DNA of 57,185 bases from sequence record SRR22947725_330; one strand, 5' to 3'. Below, piece by piece: positions 1-12,893 of this stretch. The position numbers and the translations under genes were made by a program. The notes beneath the pieces were generated by a model that saw only the letters and a program-made list of their open reading frames with translations, ran no database searches and was not told where the DNA came from. The first letter of the stretch is position 1. Each line of letters begins with the position of its first letter.

Positions 1-2786
1 GCAGTGAGCTGGCCAAGCGGCGACCCGATCTGCACCACGGCATGCTCAAGGCCAAGCACCGCATGCGAACTGTCGCGACATTGACCGGGCCGACGCGGCT
101 GCCTGGTCGAACCCTGGAGTTGGTGTTGCTCACGCTCGCCGAGTTGGTGGGTGGGATCTTCACCGGACGCCTCAGAGAAGCGTGGGCGTCCTTGCGTGCG
201 CTGGTCGGTTTGCTGCCCCGCTCAATGTCACTCCTGGCTCGTCGCCGTGCAGTCAAGCCATTGCGCCGAGTTCCCGAACGTGAAGTGCTCGGTCTGCAGA
301 TTCGCGGCAGTGCTCGGCTCACTGGATTTCTTCGCACCCGCGAGACCGCAACGTTCGTTGGTGCAGATTCGAGCATCCGACGGTGGAAGGACAGCACCAC
401 CGCACCGGTGCTGGCATGGATCGGTGTACTTGTGGCGATTCTGATCGGGAGCAGGCAGTTCATCTCGAGCGGGGTTCCCGCCGTCGGGGAGTTTCTGTCG
501 ATGCCCGAGAGTCCGCGTGTTCTGCTGTCGTCGTATACCTCCGCCTGGAACGGCAATGGGTTCGGAGCAACTTCACCCAATCCGACCGGATGGGCCACGC
601 TCTCCGGCTTGTCGGTGTTCACCCTGTTCCGGATGGGTGCCCTGCACACCGGGTTCATTATCGGTCTGGTGATCGTCGGACTCATCGGCGTCTGGAAGCT
701 CGCCACCGTGTTCCCATCGGTCCGAGCAAGAATCGCTGCGCTGGTCGTCTACGCAGCCAGTCCGCTCGTTGTCGGGGCAATGTCGACCGGTCGACTGACG
801 GTGCTCATCGCCTTTGCTTCGGCGCCCTGGATCGTGCACACGATCCGTCGGGCGGTCGGGGTCGAGACAGCCGACCCGCGCAGTGCCGCACTTGACCTGG
901 CCGACGGTGTCGTTGCGCTTTCCTGGCCAGAACGCACCCGTCGGACGGCCGGCGCGGCGCTTGTCATCGGACTCGCCGCAGCGTTTGCCCCGGTGATGGT
1001 GTTTGTGGCGCTCGCGATTGCCATCGTGCTCGGAGCGGCGACGCTGCTGGCGCTCGCCCCATGGCGGACCGCGCTGCTCTACGTTGGCGTCGGCATCGCA
1101 GCGTCCATCGGTGGGCTCCTCCTGAACTTTCCCTGGTTTCCCTCCTGGTCCTGGGAGCAACTCGTCGGTCCGCCACCGATTGGCGACCCCGGTGTCGGTC
1201 TCGCCGACCTGGCGTCGTTCCAGATCGGGATTGCCGACTTCGCGTACCTTTCGTTGGCGTTGTACCTGCCCGTCATTGCTGCAATCGCGCTCGGACGCGC
1301 TTGGCGCCTGACGTGGGCGGTTCGCTCCGGATTGCTGGTTGTGGTCTTCGGCGCGGCGGCGATATTGGCCGACAGCGGATCGCTGCCGTTCAACGGACCG
1401 GAGGCTGGCGTGCTGCTCGCTCCGGTGGCGGTGGGACTCGCAATCTCGTCGGCTGCAGCGTTGGCGGCATTCGACCTGGACGTCCGCGGTGGTTCGTTCG
1501 GGTGGCGTCAACCGCTCGGCCTACTCGCAAGCGTCGGCGTCGTCATCGGAGTGTTTCCTGGTGTCGTTGCGTTGGGTGATGGGGCATGGAACACCCCGAC
1601 GACACCGCTCTCGGTGCTGATTGAGGCGCAACTGCCCGACGACGCTCAGGATCGCGTGCTCGAAGAGAGCAATGAGAATGGACCGCTGATCGATCCCGGT
1701 GTTGGTGGTTACAACGTGTTGCTGGTCGGCGATGCGAGGCTGCTGCCGGTTCCCGCAGTCGAGTACCGCGATGGGGTCTCGTACGCGGTGATTGGCGACA
1801 GGCCACTCGACATCAGAGATCGTTGGGCTGCACCTGACAGCGATGCGGCCGATGCGGTTGAGATGGCCCTCGACCAAATGGCAAGTTCTTCCACGTTGCG
1901 AGCCGGGCGACTCCTCGCCCCGCTTGGAATTCGTTTTATCGTGGTGCCGGAGTTCGACAACGTCGAGTCGACGACTGCCGCACCGCTGCCGCTGCCTGGT
2001 GGCCTGATCTCTGCACTCGAGGACCAGCTCGACCTGACTTCGGTGACCGGGCTGCCGACGCTCGAAGTCTTCGCGAACACGGCGTGGTTGCCAGTGGTGA
2101 GTCAGTTGACCGGGACCACGGCGGAGGCGAGTGAATCGGCTGGGGCAGGTGCGCTTGTCCGGGCGGATCTGTCCTCGGCTTCACCGGCGTTCCTCGGCGC
2201 AGATCAGACCGCAGCATCCTCTGACGAGGTTGTCCCCGGTGTGATTCACCTTGCGGTGCCGTTCGACGAGAACTGGTCGCTCACCGTTGAAGGGGAGTCG
2301 GTCGAGCCTCGCCGGGCGTTCGGTGTGACCACCGCGTTCGATGTCGAGCGACAGGGTAATGCCGTCCTCGAATACTCGAGTCCGTCATTGCGATTGCTGC
2401 TGTTGCTCGTGCAAGTGGTGCTGTGGCTCGCGGTGTTGTTCGCAGCGACACGGGTCAGCATTCCGTTGGCCCGGCGCCGGGGCACGCTCGTCGCCGACGA
2501 AACGCTGATCGATTTCGACGATCTCACCGGAGCGGTCGCGTGGCCGGTCCTCGATCCGGGTCTTGACATGACTGGACAGGTCGCCCGAGCCCAGGTGCTC
2601 CCGATCGACGACGGTGACGGCAACGACACCCGCGATATCGGCGGCGAAATCGACGAGGCCAACGATCACGATGATGACGACATGGGCGACGAGATCGAGT
2701 CCATTGATGCCGAGCAGGTGGACGCCGACCTGACTGACGGCAGGGTCGATGAGTCGGCTGGGGATCAGAACGAGGGCGACCGATGA
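1..2786 (+). CDS. Large integral membrane protein, probably the C-terminal part of a GT2-family glycosyltransferase (5' end outside window)
   Basis: Many hydrophobic helices, NGFGATSP motif, acidic tail; directly upstream of a DUF5719 gene as in the conserved actinobacterial whiB2-GT2-DUF5719 locus. The frame is open from the window edge; the catalytic domain is not visible. Confidence 0.65.
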   Translation, partial: SELAKRRPDLHHGMLKAKHRMRTVATLTGPTRLPGRTLELVLLTLAELVGGIFTGRLREAWASLRALVGLLPRSMSLLARRRAVKPLRRVPEREVLGLQIRGSARLTGFLRTRETATFVGADSSIRRWKDSTTAPVLAWIGVLVAILIGSRQFISSGVPAVGEFLSMPESPRVLLSSYTSAWNGNGFGATSPNPTGWATLSGLSVFTLFRMGALHTGFIIGLVIVGLIGVWKLATVFPSVRARIAALVVYAASPLVVGAMSTGRLTVLIAFASAPWIVHTIRRAVGVETADPRSAALDLADGVVALSWPERTRRTAGAALVIGLAAAFAPVMVFVALAIAIVLGAATLLALAPWRTALLYVGVGIAASIGGLLLNFPWFPSWSWEQLVGPPPIGDPGVGLADLASFQIGIADFAYLSLALYLPVIAAIALGRAWRLTWAVRSGLLVVVFGAAAILADSGSLPFNGPEAGVLLAPVAVGLAISSAAALAAFDLDVRGGSFGWRQPLGLLASVGVVIGVFPGVVALGDGAWNTPTTPLSVLIEAQLPDDAQDRVLEESNENGPLIDPGVGGYNVLLVGDARLLPVPAVEYRDGVSYAVIGDRPLDIRDRWAAPDSDAADAVEMALDQMASSSTLRAGRLLAPLGIRFIVVPEFDNVESTTAAPLPLPGGLISALEDQLDLTSVTGLPTLEVFANTAWLPVVSQLTGTTAEASESAGAGALVRADLSSASPAFLGADQTAASSDEVVPGVIHLAVPFDENWSLTVEGESVEPRRAFGVTTAFDVERQGNAVLEYSSPSLRLLLLLVQVVLWLAVLFAATRVSIPLARRRGTLVADETLIDFDDLTGAVAWPVLDPGLDMTGQVARAQVLPIDDGDGNDTRDIGGEIDEANDHDDDDMGDEIESIDAEQVDADLTDGRVDESAGDQNEGDR

Positions 2787-4276
2787 ACCGCCGCTCGATT
2801 CCTGCCTTCATCATCGTGTTGGCCGGCATGATCGCCCTCGTCGTCGTTGGGCGAAACACCGAGGAGCAGCCGGCTCCGGTGTTCTCATCGCCGGCAGGTA
2901 CGTGGATGCCATCGGTGACGGACATCGGTTCGTTGACCGGCAGCTGGTTCTGTCCCGGAGTGCCGGCCACTGGCGAGGACGGCGTCGGCGGCTCGGTCGT
3001 GATCTCCAACCGCGCCAGCGATGTGCTCGAAGGTCGGTTCACCGTGCTCAGTCCTGAGGGGCTTGCGGCCGAGCAGAGCTTCAGCGTGGGCGCGTGGTCC
3101 CAGAGCACGATCGATGTCGATGCGTTCGTCACGGCGGCGTTTGCAAGTGTGGTCGTCGAGATTGATGGCGGGCAGGGGTTTGTCGAGCAGGTGGCCAATC
3201 ATCCCGCTGGCGACTCCGTCACCCCATGCGCGGATGACACCTCCAGCGAATGGCACCTCGCCGATGGTTTCACCGCAGGGGGAAGCACCGAGACGCTCAT
3301 GCTGACCAACCCGTACGACGACCTCGTTTTGACCGACCTCACGTTTTCAACCGAGTCCGGCTTCAGCGAGCCCAACGCGTTCAAAGGATTCTCGGTTCCA
3401 CCAAAGTCGGTCAAGGTGATTTCGATTGCCGAGCTCGGCAACCGTGACGAGCCGATCATTGCGGCGAGCGTCACGACTCGGAGCGGCCGTCTCGTTGTGG
3501 GTCGAGCACAACACTTCACGGGCGCGGGCCGCCTTGGCTACGACGTCTCGTTGGCGGCACCAGCGCTGCGCGACCAGTGGTGGTTCGCTGATGGCGAACG
3601 CGGCGAAGGCATCACCGAGACCTTCTCGATCTACAACCCGACCGACAACGACGTCTCGGTCACGCCGTTCTTCTTGGGGCTCCCTTTGGAGTTTGATGGC
3701 GGCGGGTTCGCCCCCATTGAGGTCCCGGCGCGCCAGGTGGTGGTGTTCGCGCCGTTCGAAGGTGCCGACGACGCCGCTGATGCCACTTCCGATTCCGGGT
3801 TCTTCGCGACGCGCATCCCGAATGGGCGCCATGCGATTGTCTTTTCGACGCTGTCGGACCCCTCGGTGGTTGTGGAACGAGTCCTCACGCGACCGTTCGG
3901 CGAGACCATCGCCACCAGCGTCGTGCAAGGTGCACCGCCACGGCCCGATGGGTTTGTGGCAAACCGCTGGCATGTCGGCATCGGACCGACCGAGCCCACC
4001 GAGGCAGCGCTGGTCGTCTACAACGTCGATCAGGAGCAGGCGACGATCACGATCGAGGCGGTTGGCCCTGGTGGACCCTCGGCGATTCCGAGTCTCACCG
4101 ATATTCCGCTGGGACCTGGCGCCGTGCTCACGATCGACCTCGTCGCACCTGATGCGCTGGGGCAAGAACTCATCGTGAACGCCTCGAATCGTGTCTTCAT
4201 CGAGCGGTCGCTCGAACGGGGCGGAGAGCTTTCGGGACGTTCGGGTTCATGGGCGCTGCCCGCTTCTGATTCCTGA
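2783..4276 (+). CDS. DUF5719-like exported protein
   Basis: N-terminal signal/TM, WFCPG motif, internal repeats (EWHLADGFTAGGSTETLMLTNP / QWWFADGERGEGITETFSIYNP); ATGA overlap with upstream gene. Confidence 0.7.
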   Translation: MNRRSIPAFIIVLAGMIALVVVGRNTEEQPAPVFSSPAGTWMPSVTDIGSLTGSWFCPGVPATGEDGVGGSVVISNRASDVLEGRFTVLSPEGLAAEQSFSVGAWSQSTIDVDAFVTAAFASVVVEIDGGQGFVEQVANHPAGDSVTPCADDTSSEWHLADGFTAGGSTETLMLTNPYDDLVLTDLTFSTESGFSEPNAFKGFSVPPKSVKVISIAELGNRDEPIIAASVTTRSGRLVVGRAQHFTGAGRLGYDVSLAAPALRDQWWFADGERGEGITETFSIYNPTDNDVSVTPFFLGLPLEFDGGGFAPIEVPARQVVVFAPFEGADDAADATSDSGFFATRIPNGRHAIVFSTLSDPSVVVERVLTRPFGETIATSVVQGAPPRPDGFVANRWHVGIGPTEPTEAALVVYNVDQEQATITIEAVGPGGPSAIPSLTDIPLGPGAVLTIDLVAPDALGQELIVNASNRVFIERSLERGGELSGRSGSWALPASDS

Positions 4277-4340
4277 CCTCTTCTCGCCAGCGCGCGGGCC
4301 GGTCGGAGAGGATCCTGCTGCAGGGGTACGGTCAGTGACG

Positions 4341-5756
4341 GTGAGCGAACCGATGGTTGACCCGAACGCGATGCCCGAACCGGGACGCGACGCTTGGATG
4401 GCCGTCGGGGTGACGACCTTGGTCTTCTTCCTTGTCGTGATCGATGTCGCCGCGGTCAACGTTGCGTTCCCGTCAATTCGTGACGACTTTGAGGTGTCAG
4501 ACGCGACGTTGGGGTGGGTGATCTCCGGTTACAACATCACCGTTGCATCGTTGCTCATGGTGGCAGGTCGCTACGCCGACAGCCTCGGACGCAAACGGCT
4601 CTTTCTTCCCGGTGTGGCCATTTTCATGCTCGGATCGATGCTGTCGGGTCTGGCACCGAGCGCAGGGCTGCTGATTGCGGCGCGCGTCGTGCAGGGCGTC
4701 GGTGGTGCGATTATTTCGCCGACGGCAATCGCTGTGGTGCTCCCTGCGTTTCCGGCGCACAAGCGGTCCACGGTCATTGGAATCACCGGAGCGACGGGGG
4801 CATTGGGTGCAGTTGCCGGACCGGCGCTGGGCGCGTTTATCACCGACGCGTGGTCATGGCGAGGGATCTTTCTCATCAACGTGCCGCTCTGTCTCATCGT
4901 GCTGGTGATTGCGCCGAAGCTGCTGACCGAGTCCAAGGATCCGGCCGCAACCGGTCGTGTTGACCTGCTCGGCGTGCCGTTGGGAACGGCTGGTGTTGCA
5001 GCAGTCATGTTCGCGATCGTGCGGTCCGAGTCGGCTGGCCTCACAGACCCCACCACCGTCGCGGTGTTCATCGTCGGCATCGCCCTGATCGCGGCGTTGG
5101 TCCGTCGCTCTGCTCATCAGGACGAACCTCTGATCGAACTCGACCTGTTCAGGCATCGATCGTTTTCGAGTACAAATCTCGGCTTAGCGTTCTACTCGAT
5201 GGCCTTCACCTCGGGCTTCTTGGTCAACTCTCTGCTCCTGCAGGAGCTGTGGGGCCAGTCGTTGGTCACGACCGGCGCGGCGTTGATGCTCAGCCCGCTC
5301 ATTGCCGCGGCGGTGTCGCCGTTTGCCGGGAGGTGGGCTGATCGTGTCGGCCATCGCTGGATTCTCACGGTCGGCAGCCTCTGCTGTGCTGCCGGCTACC
5401 TGGGGTATCGACTCGTGCTCACGGGCGAGCCGGCGGTGTGGAATCGATTTGTGCCGATGTCCGTGCTGGTTGGAATCGGTGTCGGGGCCACGATCGCCAC
5501 TTGGGCGAGCGCTGGGCTGGCGGACGTTGAGCCCGCCAAGTTCGGGACGTCCAACGCGATGATTCGAACGACGCAGCAGGTGTTCTACGCCTTGGGTATC
5601 TCGGTCGCGATCGCCATCATCTCCAGAGGGGCTGGCGACACGGTCGTTGCCAACTATCACCTGGCGTGGTGGTTCGTCAGCGGCTGCTACGCAGTGAGCG
5701 CGCTCGTCGTGGCGATGACGTTCCCGTCGGGGTCGAGTCGGAGCCGCGTGGCCTGA
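4341..5756 (+). CDS. DHA2/EmrB-QacA-type MFS transporter
   Basis: GRYADSLGRKR MFS motif A, WRGIFLINVP, about 14 TM. Start moved to GTG 4341, after the upstream stop and a TACGGT -10 box. Confidence 0.85.
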   Translation: MSEPMVDPNAMPEPGRDAWMAVGVTTLVFFLVVIDVAAVNVAFPSIRDDFEVSDATLGWVISGYNITVASLLMVAGRYADSLGRKRLFLPGVAIFMLGSMLSGLAPSAGLLIAARVVQGVGGAIISPTAIAVVLPAFPAHKRSTVIGITGATGALGAVAGPALGAFITDAWSWRGIFLINVPLCLIVLVIAPKLLTESKDPAATGRVDLLGVPLGTAGVAAVMFAIVRSESAGLTDPTTVAVFIVGIALIAALVRRSAHQDEPLIELDLFRHRSFSSTNLGLAFYSMAFTSGFLVNSLLLQELWGQSLVTTGAALMLSPLIAAAVSPFAGRWADRVGHRWILTVGSLCCAAGYLGYRLVLTGEPAVWNRFVPMSVLVGIGVGATIATWASAGLADVEPAKFGTSNAMIRTTQQVFYALGISVAIAIISRGAGDTVVANYHLAWWFVSGCYAVSALVVAMTFPSGSSRSRVA

Positions 5757-5813
5757 TCGGCGGGTTTTGATGCGAATTGCATCGGCCGCGCTCGCACCTA
5801 GCCTGAAGCCTCG

Positions 5814-6248
5814 ATGGAACGTCTCATCATTGCCGCCGTAATTATTGCCGTTGTGGGTGCTGTTGCCCTGGTCAGTCGGCAGCGGCGGACCGCCGACGCC
5901 CCCACCCAACGCGAGTACAACGTGCCACAACAACTCGACCGCGCCGACTTCGTCCGTCCCGACGCGCCATGGTTGGTGGCGGTCTTCAGTTCGGCGACGT
6001 GCGACGTGTGTGCGGGCGTGGCCGAGCGGGCTGTGATCCTCGAATCCAGTGAAGTGGCTGTTGCCGTCGTGGAGTACGGCGATGCACGAGCGCTGCACGA
6101 GAAGTACAAGATTGATGCTGTGCCGACACTGGTCGTGAGCGATGCCGATGGCGTCACTCGCAAGCACTTTCTCGGTCCGGTCAACGCCACCGATATGTGG
6201 GCAGCCGTTGCCGAAGCCCGGGAACCGGGTTCAGCACCTGGTCACTGA
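5814..6248 (+). CDS. Membrane-anchored thioredoxin-fold protein
   Basis: N-terminal TM, FSSATCDVC (CxxC), AVPT cis-Pro motif. Confidence 0.75.
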   Translation: MERLIIAAVIIAVVGAVALVSRQRRTADAPTQREYNVPQQLDRADFVRPDAPWLVAVFSSATCDVCAGVAERAVILESSEVAVAVVEYGDARALHEKYKIDAVPTLVVSDADGVTRKHFLGPVNATDMWAAVAEAREPGSAPGH

Positions 6249-6315
6249 CTGGCGTCGTGCATCACTTGGCGATGTCTGAGTGACGGCTGGTCCCGACCCC
6301 GGCGTCACTGGGGAG

Positions 6316-8283
<1,968 letters not shown>

Positions 8284-8580
8284 CCCACCATGATACGGCA
8301 GGACAGCGGCTGTGCCAGGTCGTGGTGTGCGACAGGATGCACACCGACGCGAAACGTTCGCGAAAGGCGCCTCCTCAAACAACTCCCCGCCACAGGTGGT
8401 GGTTGCCGTTTTGAACGCTGCACCCACGCGCGTGACGCGCGAGGTTTCGCGCGAGGGGTGACCATCCACCACTGAGCGGGCTGCTCGTTCTACGATTTTC
8501 TCATGACGTCACGTGCAGCAGTTGGGGCTCGCAAACTCACCAATCACTACACCGGCGAACACGTTCGTCCGGCCGTTGCA

Positions 8581-8808
8581 GTGATCTCCAATCGTCAGTG
8601 CACGCGCACCGGCTGTTCTGAGCGTGCCGAAGTGACGCTCACCTACGACTACGGGCAATCCCGCGCCTGGCTCGAGGTGCTGGCGGCCGAGCGTGATCCG
8701 CATACCTACGACATGTGTGCGCGGCATGCTGAGCGCCTGTCGGTGCCGTCCGGCTGGCATCTCGACGATCGCCGGCCGTCCCGCCATCTCGACCTCGTCG
8801 CTTCCTGA
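8581..8808 (+). CDS. DUF3499 family protein
   Basis: RQCTRTGC...TLTYDY...HTYDMCARHAERLSVPSGW pattern; expected position upstream of manB. Start uncertain (8503 or 8581). Confidence 0.8.
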   Translation: MISNRQCTRTGCSERAEVTLTYDYGQSRAWLEVLAAERDPHTYDMCARHAERLSVPSGWHLDDRRPSRHLDLVAS

Positions 8809-9000
8809 CGGCGCCACCTTCGCCGGTCCCGGCGTCGTGGCAAGTCTTGATTGAACAAGCTCAACTTCATCGCCTGGCCCCTTGGCCCCGACGAACCGTG
8901 AACCGCCGCCAGAGGACCGAATGACGAAACTTCGGGACAACGCAGACGTGGCGCGACCGCAGAAGTCCGAGGACGGTGCGGTGCAGTTAGCGTTTCGGCG

Positions 9001-9753
9001 ATGACTGGACCGGTGAAGCCTCCCGCGGGGGGATTTGGCGTGCGCGATGCGATCCATCCGACCGAATCGGTGGCGCCCATCGATGCCAAGACCGCGGTGT
9101 TCGCCTTCATCGCCGCATGGTTCGCTGCGCAGGTGCTGTCGGTCATCGTGCTCGGCGTCTTCGGTGAGACCGGCGGATCGGACACGCCGATTGGGGTTCT
9201 GGCGGTGGTGTTGTGTGCTGCGTGGTTTGCCTACGTCAGCGGCATGTGGATCGTGTCGGCTCGTCACGGCACCGCCAACCCTGTCGAGGACTTCGGTATT
9301 CGGGTCTTGCCGATTGATCTCCTCGGATTGGGCATCGGCGTGCTCGCCCAGCTGGTGGTCATCCGCATTGTGTACCTGCCGCTGGGGGCCTTGTGGCCAG
9401 GGACGTTCGCCGATGACGAGTTGCAGCGAAACGCGGAGGGGCTTGTCGACCGAGCCTCAGGTGTGACCACCGTCGTGCTCTTTGCCCTGGTTGTGTTTGG
9501 CGCGCCGATCGTCGAAGAACTCTTTTACCGCGGTCTACTTCAACGCTCGCTGCTTGCCCGCTTCAATGACGTGGTCGTCGTCGTTGGCGTCGCGGCCTTG
9601 TTTGCTGCCATCCACCTCCGCCCAATCGAGTACCCGGGACTCTTTGTCTTCGGCCTGATTGTCGGTGTGGCGGCGATGCTCACCGGACGGTTGGGTATGT
9701 CGATCATGGCGCACATCGGGTTCAACCTGACCGGTTTGTTACTCGTGCTGTGA
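9001..9753 (+). CDS. CPBP (Abi/CAAX) intramembrane glutamic endopeptidase
   Basis: APIVEELFYRGLL, FAAIH, AHIGFN motifs. Confidence 0.9.
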   Translation: MTGPVKPPAGGFGVRDAIHPTESVAPIDAKTAVFAFIAAWFAAQVLSVIVLGVFGETGGSDTPIGVLAVVLCAAWFAYVSGMWIVSARHGTANPVEDFGIRVLPIDLLGLGIGVLAQLVVIRIVYLPLGALWPGTFADDELQRNAEGLVDRASGVTTVVLFALVVFGAPIVEELFYRGLLQRSLLARFNDVVVVVGVAALFAAIHLRPIEYPGLFVFGLIVGVAAMLTGRLGMSIMAHIGFNLTGLLLVL

Positions 9754-9868
9754 ACAATTGCGAGCTGCCACCTCGGTCGGCGTCGTCTTTGTCAGAATGG
9801 TCACCCTGTATGACGATCACCTGCGACTGCATCGCGGCACATGCCGCTCGAACTGGTGACCGAGCCAG

Positions 9869-12862
9869 ATGACTGAGGACATGACGCGTCGGCACGACGC
9901 CGCTGGCGATGAGCCGCAACGAGATGTTGGTCCCGATCGGATCGGGGCGGGACCAGGCGCCGACGGTGAGGCTGCCGACGAGGTCGAGTTCGACGACCTC
10001 GACATCCAACTCGACCATCAGCTCGGAGACGACGGCGTGCAACGCATTGACTCACGCAATCACCGCATCGCGGGTGACGTTGACGAGACATTGATCGTCG
10101 ACGATGTGGTCAGCGACAGCTTGGTCGCCGACCCAATCGTTCCGACGCTGGCGCATCGCATCGGTCAGCGGATCGTACGGCGCCCACTCGCCTGGTGGAA
10201 CCGAGAGTGGACCAACGAACGGGTGGCGCGGGTGCTGGTCACATCGGCGACGCTCGTCACGACCACGGTCGTGATGATGCTCATCGTCCATTTCAATCCA
10301 CTGTCGCCCAGTCGTGATCTGTTGCTCGACAACACGACACCCACCGGGGGCGACATGGGTGCCCACGTTTGGGCCCCTGCGTTCCTTCGAGATCACTTTC
10401 TCCCGAACTTCCAGCTCAGCGGTTGGAGCATGGACTGGTACGGCGGGCTTCCGCTTTATCGCTTCTACATGGTCATTCCCGCCCTCGCAATCGTGGCGCT
10501 TGATGCCGTTCCGTTCGTCGCCTACGGCGTTGCGTTCAAGATCGTCGCTGCATCTGGGCTGTTGACGTTCCCGCTGGCCTGCTGGGCGTTTGGTCGCCTC
10601 GCCAACTTCCGTCACCCGATCCCCGAACTGTTTGCGTTCGGCGGGCTATGTTTCCTGCTCGACGAAAGCTTCGAAATTTACGGCGGCAACGTCAAGTCGA
10701 CAATGGCCGGCGAGTATTCGTTCTCGATTGCGCTCACGCTGGCCGTTCTCGGTCTTGGGCTCCTCGCGCACGGCCTGCGTACTGGCCGGTTCCGGGTGTG
10801 GACCGCCGTGGTGCTGTCGCTTGCCGCTGTGTCGCATGGCATCGTGCTGATCTTCGTTGCGGTCGCGGCAATTGTCATGTCGCTCGTGTGGATGGACAGC
10901 AAACGCGCCTGGTTTGCGGTGTCGACCGGCGTCACGACCTTGCTGCTCTCCGCGTGGTGGGTCGGTCCCTTCCTGTTTGGGCACGAGTTCATGACCGACA
11001 TGAAGTACGGATTCAGGCCGAGCGGTTCGAGCGACTCGTTCTGGGACATGTTCTTCCCGCTCACCACCGGCCTCGACATCTTGATCACGACGCTGGCCAT
11101 CATCGGCTTTGCGGCGATGATCGTGCGGCGGAACCTGACCGGCGTTGCCCTCGGCATCATCACCTTGCTGTTTGTCGTCGGGGTCTACATCGCACGCGAC
11201 AGCCTGCCGGGCATCGGCCTGTTGTGGAACCCTCGCCTGCTCCCGTTCGTCTATCTCCTCAGGTATTTCCTGATGATGATCGGTGCCCTCGAAGTGATCA
11301 CCTGGATGATCAACCTGGCCCGTCAGCGAATGGCGGATCGGGAACTGAACTCATATGAATCAGCGTTTGCAGCCGGTGCGATCGGCCTCAGCTGCCTCAC
11401 CGTGTTCGGCTTCATGTACGAGACCTTGCCGTTCGACGGCCGTGTGGTGGTGAACGCCGGAACCGACGACACTGCCGCTACCACTACCTATGCGTGGGGG
11501 CCGATCCAGAAGTCACCCGACGCCGGCCGCGCCGTAGCCGACGGATGGACTCGCTACAACTGGGGCGGGTACGAAGCGCGGACACAGTTCCCTGAGTACC
11601 ACGCGGTCGTCACCGAGATGACCGACATTGGGGCGACCAACGGCTGCGGCCGAGCGCTCTGGGAAAACAACGCCGACAACGGCCAATACGGCACGACGAT
11701 GGCGTTGATGCTGCTGCCGCACTGGACCGATGGCTGTATTGGCTCGATGGAGGGCCTCTTCTTCGAGGCCTCTGGCACCACGCCGTACCACTTCATCACT
11801 GCCGCGGCGGTCTCTGAAAGCTCGTCGAATCCTGTGCGCGAGTTGCGATACATCAATAACAATGCCGAGGTTGGGGTGCAGCACATGCTCGACCTCGGCG
11901 TCCGATACCTCATGGTCCGTACGGACCCGGCGAAGGCCGAAGCGTCGGAACAGGAGGAACTGCGGTTCATCACCACCTCCGCTCCGTGGGACATCTACGA
12001 GCTGATCGGTTCCAACATCGTCGAACCGCTGAGTGTGCAGCCGGTGGTCGTCAACGAACGCGCAGGCGACCAGCGAGAACGCAACCTCGAACTGGGCACC
12101 AGCTGGTTCCAGCGTCAGGACGATTGGGCCGCGATCCCCGCCGATAGCGGGCCCGACGACTGGCAGCGTATTGACGTCGAGATTGACATGGACGTTCGCG
12201 TCGGCGAACCGGGGGAGCGCAGCCGAAACGTCGACTACGTCCTGCCGGTGCAAGACATCGAACCGGTGGCGTTGCCCCAGATCAAGGTGTCCGACGTTCA
12301 AATCGGGCAGCAGTCTGTCGAGTTCAGCGTTGACCAGATCGGCGTGCCGGTCCTGGTACGCGTGAGCTACTTCCCGAACTGGGCCGTGAGCGGTGCAGAC
12401 GGTCCGTATCGAGTGTCGCCCAACCACATGGTGGTCGTGCCGACAAGTACCGATGTGCGCATGGAGTACCAGAAGACAGGCCTCGACTGGTTCTTCTACG
12501 GCCTCACCGTGCTCGGCATTGGGCTGTGTTTCTTCTGGCGGCGTCGGGGTGATCTGCAGTTCGCCGGCGAGTTCCCCAGCTGGGGATCGAACGGCACCGG
12601 CAACGACCTCCATCGCGACGGCGTCGACGGCAGTTTGACTGGCGAAGTGGCTGTCGTCCCAGACGTCTGGGCGCCTTCTCGTCCGACGGATGAAGTACCC
12701 GATCCAACACCGATGTATTTGCCGGACCCGCTTGCTGGCTCAAGTGCGCCGAGCGGTTCATCGGATCTACTCATCGACACTCAGCCCGGCGATGTCCCCA
12801 ACCCGTTGAGGGTCGATGACGGCGATGGTGCCGCCAGGTCACCCCAGTCGCCATCGGATTGA
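9869..12862 (+). CDS. Large polytopic GT-C-like membrane protein (PTPS-related/YfhO-like)
   Basis: GGDMGAH...GWSMDWYGGLPLYRFY first loop, more than 10 TM, C-terminal VSYFPNW motif and final TM. Confidence 0.65.
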   Translation: MTEDMTRRHDAAGDEPQRDVGPDRIGAGPGADGEAADEVEFDDLDIQLDHQLGDDGVQRIDSRNHRIAGDVDETLIVDDVVSDSLVADPIVPTLAHRIGQRIVRRPLAWWNREWTNERVARVLVTSATLVTTTVVMMLIVHFNPLSPSRDLLLDNTTPTGGDMGAHVWAPAFLRDHFLPNFQLSGWSMDWYGGLPLYRFYMVIPALAIVALDAVPFVAYGVAFKIVAASGLLTFPLACWAFGRLANFRHPIPELFAFGGLCFLLDESFEIYGGNVKSTMAGEYSFSIALTLAVLGLGLLAHGLRTGRFRVWTAVVLSLAAVSHGIVLIFVAVAAIVMSLVWMDSKRAWFAVSTGVTTLLLSAWWVGPFLFGHEFMTDMKYGFRPSGSSDSFWDMFFPLTTGLDILITTLAIIGFAAMIVRRNLTGVALGIITLLFVVGVYIARDSLPGIGLLWNPRLLPFVYLLRYFLMMIGALEVITWMINLARQRMADRELNSYESAFAAGAIGLSCLTVFGFMYETLPFDGRVVVNAGTDDTAATTTYAWGPIQKSPDAGRAVADGWTRYNWGGYEARTQFPEYHAVVTEMTDIGATNGCGRALWENNADNGQYGTTMALMLLPHWTDGCIGSMEGLFFEASGTTPYHFITAAAVSESSSNPVRELRYINNNAEVGVQHMLDLGVRYLMVRTDPAKAEASEQEELRFITTSAPWDIYELIGSNIVEPLSVQPVVVNERAGDQRERNLELGTSWFQRQDDWAAIPADSGPDDWQRIDVEIDMDVRVGEPGERSRNVDYVLPVQDIEPVALPQIKVSDVQIGQQSVEFSVDQIGVPVLVRVSYFPNWAVSGADGPYRVSPNHMVVVPTSTDVRMEYQKTGLDWFFYGLTVLGIGLCFFWRRRGDLQFAGEFPSWGSNGTGNDLHRDGVDGSLTGEVAVVPDVWAPSRPTDEVPDPTPMYLPDPLAGSSAPSGSSDLLIDTQPGDVPNPLRVDDGDGAARSPQSPSD

Positions 12863-12893
12863 CGGTCAAGCATCGGTAGCCTCGCCCGCGTCT